The notes under the pieces: generated by a model
The model's input: only the letters and a program-made list of their open reading frames with translations
What the model was told of the DNA's origin: nothing
Databases searched by the model: none
Part shown: positions 57,993-64,000 of the stretch, piece after piece
How positions within the stretch are numbered: the stretch's first letter is position 1
Layout of the letters: the number at the start of each line of letters is the position of its first letter
Virus record (IMG/VR): IMGVR_UViG_3300011008_002687
Location: 1 to 64,000 of that record
Direction: 5' to 3' (one strand)
DNA: 64,000 nt
Source of the DNA: a virus
Taxonomy: Duplodnaviria > Caudoviricetes
Program-made: the position numbers and the translations under genes

Positions 57993-59208
57993 TGATCACA
58001 CCCCCAAACGTAGGAATCTGATACTTGGTCAAGGTGATGTTGTTTTCAGATCCGTTCAGCAGGACGCTTTCAATATCCAGCACACCTTCCACGGCCAGCA
58101 CCCTGGATTCAATCTGGGAAACACGGACAACCAGATAGTCACTGTCTTCCCAGTCTTCACGCAAAGACTGAAGGTATTCATCAACAGTGCCTTCAATAGC
58201 ATCCTTGCAAGCTGACCAGCTGTAGCCGGTATTAAACTGAAGACCTGTCAGCTTGACACTGATGGTCACCGGTGAAGCAGATCTGACATTCACAACATGG
58301 CCGATTGGTGACAGGCCATAACCTTCACCAGTCATGGCATCCGGATCCAACGTGTTCTTCACAGAACTGATCAGTGCAGGACTGGCTTCACCATAGTCAT
58401 CACTGTCAATGATAGTGATCAGCACTGTGCCGCCAACAGTCAGCTTTCTGGATGCAGCTGCCGTATAAACAGCAGTCAGCCATGTAGCCACTTCATCAGA
58501 CAGGCCGCTGATCACCGATTCATACCAGGTATCCACATCTTCAGAAGGTACCAGGTCAGCAGGCTTGATGTCACCATTCCAGACACGTTCAACTTTCACG
58601 GCACCAACACCGTTGATGCTTTTGACCTTATCAATATAGTCAGCACGGTTGCCGCCGAAGGCAAAGGTACCAAAAGAATTGAAATACCGTGTCCGTAGGA
58701 CTTCAGTGTCTTCTTCATCTTCACCAGGTATCAGCACTTCATCCAGTGTGGCCGTTTCCAGTCCCTGAATGTATTCCATTGGAATCAGGTTGCCAAAATG
58801 CTGATTGCCGGTGATTCCAGCCGTTTCACACTGCACCTGATAGGTTCCGGCAGCGGCATTGATTGCAGACAACACCACGTAGTTCAGACTGTCCAGGTTG
58901 AAACGCTGACCGATCAGTGCAGCGGATCCAACACTGGCCGGTGTGAATGTGGCCTTCAGCACCGCCTTGGTTGCCGGTTCAGGTTCTATGCCACGGTCTT
59001 TGCACAGAAGGATCAGGAAGTCACGTGATGCAGTGTCACCATAGCCGTCCTTGATCATCTGATCCAGTTCAATGTACAGCGTCTTCAGTTCAATGGCCGT
59101 AGGTGAATGTGTATCATAGATGACGGATCCTTCACGCTTGTCCAGGGAAGACGGCACCCGTGCCAGCATTCTGTCCCTGATTTCTTCATAGGTCACATCT
59201 TCATACAT
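57985..59208 (-). CDS. Baseplate J-like protein
   Basis: DKREGS...GEDEEDTE...GGNRADY. Confidence 0.9.
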   Translation of the reverse strand: MYEDVTYEEIRDRMLARVPSSLDKREGSVIYDTHSPTAIELKTLYIELDQMIKDGYGDTASRDFLILLCKDRGIEPEPATKAVLKATFTPASVGSAALIGQRFNLDSLNYVVLSAINAAAGTYQVQCETAGITGNQHFGNLIPMEYIQGLETATLDEVLIPGEDEEDTEVLRTRYFNSFGTFAFGGNRADYIDKVKSINGVGAVKVERVWNGDIKPADLVPSEDVDTWYESVISGLSDEVATWLTAVYTAAASRKLTVGGTVLITIIDSDDYGEASPALISSVKNTLDPDAMTGEGYGLSPIGHVVNVRSASPVTISVKLTGLQFNTGYSWSACKDAIEGTVDEYLQSLREDWEDSDYLVVRVSQIESRVLAVEGVLDIESVLLNGSENNITLTKYQIPTFGGVING

Positions 59209-59612
59209 CAGAAATTCACCGTCCTTTCTTCTTTTATGTCACCAAAGACGGTGTGAACAGTGAATTTCACGGCCACAACACCCTTCCTGGACAGATCAAA
59301 TTCAAAGTCCGTCACGGACAGGATCCGTTCATCCCATGTCAACGCTTCAGTGATTCTTCTTTGCAGTTCAGGGCACACCCATGAAACAGGTTCCCCAAAC
59401 AGATCCATCAGTTCAACACCGTAGTTCCATGAATACATTGGATACTTGTACCGCTCTGTGTTCAGTATCTTGAAGACAGCCTGTTTCATGGCATCAAGGC
59501 CGTCAACATATCCCCTGGTGGTGTTTCCTTCAAGATTCATCTTGTATGTTTTGCTTGGCTGTTCAGTGATTTCAAAATCACTGGCTAAAAATCCGGAATT
59601 GGAAGGTATCAT
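59208..59612 (-). CDS. XkdS/DUF2634-like protein
   Basis: LNTERYKY..YSWNYGVE. Confidence 0.85.
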   Translation of the reverse strand: MIPSNSGFLASDFEITEQPSKTYKMNLEGNTTRGYVDGLDAMKQAVFKILNTERYKYPMYSWNYGVELMDLFGEPVSWVCPELQRRITEALTWDERILSVTDFEFDLSRKGVVAVKFTVHTVFGDIKEERTVNF

Positions 59613-60010
59613 GATTTCTTACCTATCCTGTCTATGATCACGAATTTCTGACCACCAAACTTCCGTATCAAGACCACTTCATCACCGACAGCCAAGCCAT
59701 TGTGCACGGTGATCTGTTTCTTTCCGGAAATTCCGTGGTTATGGGATGCAAAGGACGCTTCCCCTGATCCACCTGATCTGTATCCGGTTGCCCAGTCAAC
59801 AGTGACGTTTGTTGTGAAGTCCATCACGTTTCTGGTCAGCACTAACTGCTTTTCACCAAGGATGAACTGCTGTTCAACATTGATCTGAAGGGGTGATACT
59901 GAAATCACCTTGCCAAACAGCACGTCCGTTGGTTTTTCAGCCATCAGTGCATCAAGTGCAGCCTTCTTCAGTGTTTTCAATAATTCCGTTGCATCAGGCA
60001 ATGAATTCAC
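59609..60010 (-). CDS. DUF2577/XkdR-like spike protein
   Basis: GKVISVSPL, SHNH, GDEV. Confidence 0.8.
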   Translation of the reverse strand: MNSLPDATELLKTLKKAALDALMAEKPTDVLFGKVISVSPLQINVEQQFILGEKQLVLTRNVMDFTTNVTVDWATGYRSGGSGEASFASHNHGISGKKQITVHNGLAVGDEVVLIRKFGGQKFVIIDRIGKKS

Positions 60011-60974
60011 CCCCTCTTAAAGTCAAGTCCATCCAATGTTCTGATTCATTGAAGGTATGGACGCATTTTTCCACCAGCATGAAGTTCTTCACGTTGATGT
60101 CACCAAGGCCAAGGTTGATGACCACCATGGATCCGGCACGGACACGGCAGTCACCGAAGGCCTTTTTTACCACCAGTTTTCTGGTCTTCTGATTGTACAG
60201 CTTCAGCAGGGCATCAGCCTTGGCCTGACCGTTTTCACCCTTCTGAAGGGTGTCAAAGTATTGCAGGATGCCCCATTTGTTGATGTTTTCACCGGACTGT
60301 GCCACATAGACTTCACGGATACCGGTTTCATCATTGTCATAGGTCAGCTTTATCCTGTTGAATGTCGCATCATCAATGCTGCTGGTATAGTCAAAGTTCT
60401 GGCCTGTTTCTTCATCAATCATCAGGTATTGGCCATTGCTGCCCACACGCATCTGATCAAGGCTTTTCAGCGTTAGACTGCCGAAGTCATCATAAAGGAT
60501 GAACATGTTGCCTGTGTTGGTCAGTGTCAGATCCAGTGCATTGCCGATCATGTCAAATAGGGAAGTGTTTTCTTCCACCCTTGATTCAATGACATAACCT
60601 GTATCAGCAATGGATCCAAGGTTCAGCGTATAGTCATTTGCCAGCATCCGGATGAATTCTGATGCCTTCTTGCCTTCATAGGTCTTTGTGTCCTTGTTCT
60701 GAAGATACCGCATCTGGTCATAGGCAGTCACGCTTATGATCTGATCACGGTTCCTGGATTTCTTGAACACCCAGCCATAGAAGATTTTCTGGCCATCAAC
60801 TGTCATCCGGACTGGTGATCCTTCCTGAAAACTGATGATTTCATCCTTCAGGACTTTGAATTCCAGCTTTCCAGGTGTACCAAACCGCTGTGTTGTCCAC
60901 TTTATACCGTCTTCCACAGCAGGCTGGTACACCGTATTTCCATTTGCAATCAAAAGTTCAACCATGTTCACCAT
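59994..60974 (-). CDS. XkdQ-like baseplate hub
   Basis: PGKLEF, AYDQMRYL, WGILQY. Confidence 0.85.
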   Translation of the reverse strand: MVNMVELLIANGNTVYQPAVEDGIKWTTQRFGTPGKLEFKVLKDEIISFQEGSPVRMTVDGQKIFYGWVFKKSRNRDQIISVTAYDQMRYLQNKDTKTYEGKKASEFIRMLANDYTLNLGSIADTGYVIESRVEENTSLFDMIGNALDLTLTNTGNMFILYDDFGSLTLKSLDQMRVGSNGQYLMIDEETGQNFDYTSSIDDATFNRIKLTYDNDETGIREVYVAQSGENINKWGILQYFDTLQKGENGQAKADALLKLYNQKTRKLVVKKAFGDCRVRAGSMVVINLGLGDINVKNFMLVEKCVHTFNESEHWMDLTLRGGEFIA

Positions 60975-60979
60975 CCTTT

Positions 60980-61666
60980 CTATGCTGGGGGAATGACCAG
61001 CACATCACCGGCATAGATCAGATTGGGACTTCTGCCCTTGAACACGTTTGGGTTTGCATCATAGATCTTCGGATACAGGGCACCATTGCCGTAGAACTTC
61101 CGTGCTATTGCCCACAGGCAATCACCCCTGACCACCGTGTATGTGGTCTGTTGTGGTGGTGCAGGGGATGATTCCACAGGTCTTGGTGCAGGTTCCGGTG
61201 ATGCAACAACCTTCTTCTGCTGAATGGTCATTGCCACTGTTTTGGTTCCGTAGTCCTTCCACTGTTTCAGGCTGATCTTGACCTTCACATCAAAGCCAAT
61301 GTCTGCACCTTCCTGGATCTGATAGTCTTCCAGGGACACCTTGATGTTGGTGTTGTACAGCGCCCTGCCATTAGGAAAAGCCCTGGTGATGATGAACTGG
61401 AATGGTTCCTGTGTGACCTTCAGTTCTTCAAAGTAGTCCAGGAAGTAGGACGCATTCTGAAAGCCGCTGTTGTACACGGCAAAAGGATACCGCACGTTTG
61501 GCAGCAGACATTCAAATTCAATGTCCGTCAGTCCAGGCTTCTTCAGGATGTTGATTTCACCTTCATTGATCAGTGTGACCTTCTTGTTTTTCCCATTGAT
61601 CTTTATCTTGCAATCCTTGGGGGTGACAGGAAGAAGGCCCTTTTTCAGGTAAAACATATATGCCAT
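60980..61666 (-). CDS. LysM tail-tube initiator (XkdP-like)
   Basis: YTVVRGDCLWAIA...PNLIY. Confidence 0.87.
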   Translation of the reverse strand: MAYMFYLKKGLLPVTPKDCKIKINGKNKKVTLINEGEINILKKPGLTDIEFECLLPNVRYPFAVYNSGFQNASYFLDYFEELKVTQEPFQFIITRAFPNGRALYNTNIKVSLEDYQIQEGADIGFDVKVKISLKQWKDYGTKTVAMTIQQKKVVASPEPAPRPVESSPAPPQQTTYTVVRGDCLWAIARKFYGNGALYPKIYDANPNVFKGRSPNLIYAGDVLVIPPA

Positions 61667-64000
61667 TAGTCATGCACCCCCTCTGTTAGTTCATCCACCG
61701 CTTCATTCACCGCATCAGTCAGACCGCTTACAACACCATCAAGATCCATGTCATTGTTGATATTGTTCTGCATACCGGACATGTCAACGTGAATTTCTGC
61801 TGTGGTATATCTGTTTATAGCTTCTTGTTCAGCAATGTCACGTAAATACTTCAGTTCTTCCTTGGTAACGTCCAAGGATCCTGCAATAGCTGCCGTATTT
61901 CCGGCTATGTCACCAACACCGGATCCAATGTCACCAACACCGTTGGCCAGCTGTGTGGCAAGATCACCACGGTCAGACAGACCTTCAACGTCAGTGGAAA
62001 ACATGTCAGTGAATCCATCAAAGAAGCCGGACACGCTTTCAGAAACACCGTCACCCCATTCAGCACCAGCGGCAAAGGCATCTGAAGCCCATCCTTCCTG
62101 GAATGTGTCAAAGGTGTCCATGCCTGCATCAAAGGCAGCACCGGTGTCCATGTAATTTTCATTCAGCTGATAGGTTGACATGCCTTCCTGGAAGGCAGAC
62201 AGCAGGCTTTTATAGTCTTCTTTTCCTTCATAGGCAGCAGCACTTTTGGCAGCATATTCAGAAGCAGCGTTTGCAATCCCTGAATAGTCAAATTCCACGA
62301 ATGGCAGCTTGTTCAGGGCAGCTGCAATTCCGGCAACCACCGTCAGAACATCCGATAACAGTCCATACCACCATCCGGTGACGTTTGCAATGACATTGTG
62401 AAATGCTATGCCGATGTTATCACACACGGCACCAAGGGCATTCCAGATGCCAAGTGCAATGTTTGCTATGGACAGTCCCAGGTTGGAAAATGCTATGCCA
62501 ATGTTGGTCACCACAGCCTTGATCCAGTTCCAGACACCAATGGCAATATTGGCAATGGACAGGCCAAGGTTCTTGAAGAATGCGCCCACCGTTGCAATAC
62601 CACCACAGATGACACCAAAAGCAGAATTGGCAGCGCCTGTAGTGTTGGCAATCCACTGGCAGACGGCAATCAATGCCGCAATCAGTGCAATGACGGCCAG
62701 TACAATCCAGGTGATAGGACATGCAGCCAATGCAGCATTCAAGCCATACTGTGCAGCCGTTTCAGCAAAAGTGGCACCAGTAGCCATCATCTGTGCAGCA
62801 GCCTTGGCAGCTTCGGAAGCGGCATGAATGCCGTTTGCCACAGCCACAATGCCGGAAATAACGGCATATGCAGACAGGGCAGCCACAATTCCAAGCACTA
62901 TAGGTTCAATCCAAGACCAGTTATCCTGGATGACCTGTGCAAACTCTATGGCACCTTCCAGCATGTTCCCCAGGATGCCAAGCACCATGGCCAGCGCATC
63001 TGTAAAGCCTGCAACCAGTTCAGTGATCTGTGGCCAGTTATCGTTTATGATCTGGACAAAACGGACAATGTACGGATACAGCTGCTGTCCAATCATTTCT
63101 TTCATATCACCCCATGCATTGGTCATCTGGATAATCTGACCTTCAGGGGTGTTGCTCATTGTTTCATACAGATTGCCCCAGGATTCATCAATGACCTGGC
63201 TGATCACCAAGGCCGCCTGCATTTCATCAGACAGGGATGCATAATCATCACCAAGCACTGCCGTCAGCTGATCCTGTGTGGCCGTGCCTTCAATAATGGC
63301 CTTCTGGGCTTCCGTAAATTCAAAACCCTTCTTGGTCATGGCATCATAGGATCCTGTCATGATCTTGCCAAGGTTGGTGGCATAATCGGTCATCTGGGTG
63401 GTATCCAGTGCACCACCGCCAGACATACCCATGGCATAGTTGGACAGGGTGTCCATCATGGTTGTGATTGCATCAGTATCTGTGAAGTAGGTGGCAAATT
63501 CAGCACCAGCGGCAATCATGGCTTCATCACCATAAATACCCTTGGACTGAATTTCACTGGCCTTGTTTGCAACGGCATCAAACTGACCAAGCAGATAGTC
63601 AGTTCTCATTTCCGGTGTCACGTCAACCGTGGTGCCGTCAATGGTGCTGACCAGATTGCCAAATTCATCAAGTGCCAGTGTGTCATCAATGCCCACAATG
63701 AATTCAGGCACTTCAGACCAGTCAGCCATGTTTGCCAGAACCGTCATCAGCTGATTTTCTGCATTCAGCTGTGTATCATACAGTTCAGTGGCTTCCTGGA
63801 TGAAACCAATGGTCTTCTTGATGCCAGCAACACCAAGGAAGCCAGCAAAGGCCGTCCGGATCATGTTGTTCAGACCGGAAGCCGCCTGTGTGCCCTGGTT
63901 GATTGCATTGTTGAATGCACCCTGTTCACTGACGTTATCCCTGATGTAGCCTTCGGTTCCCCTGATGGTTCCGGACAGCTGAAGGTATGCAGCATTGATC
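61666..64000 (-). CDS. Tape measure protein, 5'-truncated by the window edge
   Basis: Ala/Gly-rich amphipathic repeats; position upstream of LysM gene. Confidence 0.85.
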   Translation of the reverse strand, partial: INAAYLQLSGTIRGTEGYIRDNVSEQGAFNNAINQGTQAASGLNNMIRTAFAGFLGVAGIKKTIGFIQEATELYDTQLNAENQLMTVLANMADWSEVPEFIVGIDDTLALDEFGNLVSTIDGTTVDVTPEMRTDYLLGQFDAVANKASEIQSKGIYGDEAMIAAGAEFATYFTDTDAITTMMDTLSNYAMGMSGGGALDTTQMTDYATNLGKIMTGSYDAMTKKGFEFTEAQKAIIEGTATQDQLTAVLGDDYASLSDEMQAALVISQVIDESWGNLYETMSNTPEGQIIQMTNAWGDMKEMIGQQLYPYIVRFVQIINDNWPQITELVAGFTDALAMVLGILGNMLEGAIEFAQVIQDNWSWIEPIVLGIVAALSAYAVISGIVAVANGIHAASEAAKAAAQMMATGATFAETAAQYGLNAALAACPITWIVLAVIALIAALIAVCQWIANTTGAANSAFGVICGGIATVGAFFKNLGLSIANIAIGVWNWIKAVVTNIGIAFSNLGLSIANIALGIWNALGAVCDNIGIAFHNVIANVTGWWYGLLSDVLTVVAGIAAALNKLPFVEFDYSGIANAASEYAAKSAAAYEGKEDYKSLLSAFQEGMSTYQLNENYMDTGAAFDAGMDTFDTFQEGWASDAFAAGAEWGDGVSESVSGFFDGFTDMFSTDVEGLSDRGDLATQLANGVGDIGSGVGDIAGNTAAIAGSLDVTKEELKYLRDIAEQEAINRYTTAEIHVDMSGMQNNINNDMDLDGVVSGLTDAVNEAVDELTEGVHD

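Larger units (their letters stand above)
51434..64000 (-). mobile_element. Phage/prophage B (tail end, DGR, lysis), continues past the right edge
   Basis: Second, independent set of TMP, LysM, hub, baseplate J, holin and endolysin; distinct k-mer composition. Confidence 0.92.

Noticed and set aside
51434-64000. GAG loss explained by genetic-code reassignment or DarT (TNTC) avoidance
   Set aside because: Genes translate intact in the standard code, depletion is frame- and strand-independent, and TGTC/TTTC are abundant

Overview
The window holds two Firmicutes-type (Clostridia-like) contractile-tailed phage genomes end to end, both encoded on the minus strand and meeting abruptly at about 51.4 kb. 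Phage A (1 to ~51,420) carries, in transcription order: a putative DNA-modification operon (DUF488-like gene, non-canonical tRNA-Gly(UCC)-like gene, adenine-MTase/Mom-like fusion, ParB-like gene), terminases, head, XkdK-T-type tail and baseplate, a complete diversity-generating retroelement (target-VR, avd, TR, RT), a lysis cassette, an origin-like non-coding region, and about 16 kb of small accessory genes under two identical consensus promoters. Phage B (~51,434 to 64,000) contributes its tail end, a second avd-less DGR and its own lysis cassette, and almost completely avoids the trinucleotide GAG/CTC. The best candidate for an undescribed system is the degenerate tRNA-Gly embedded next to the MTase/Mom-like fusion, which may serve as a dedicated glycyl donor for DNA hypermodification (inference). 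All family assignments are by motif recognition and synteny, and all counts were made by eye; no searches were run.
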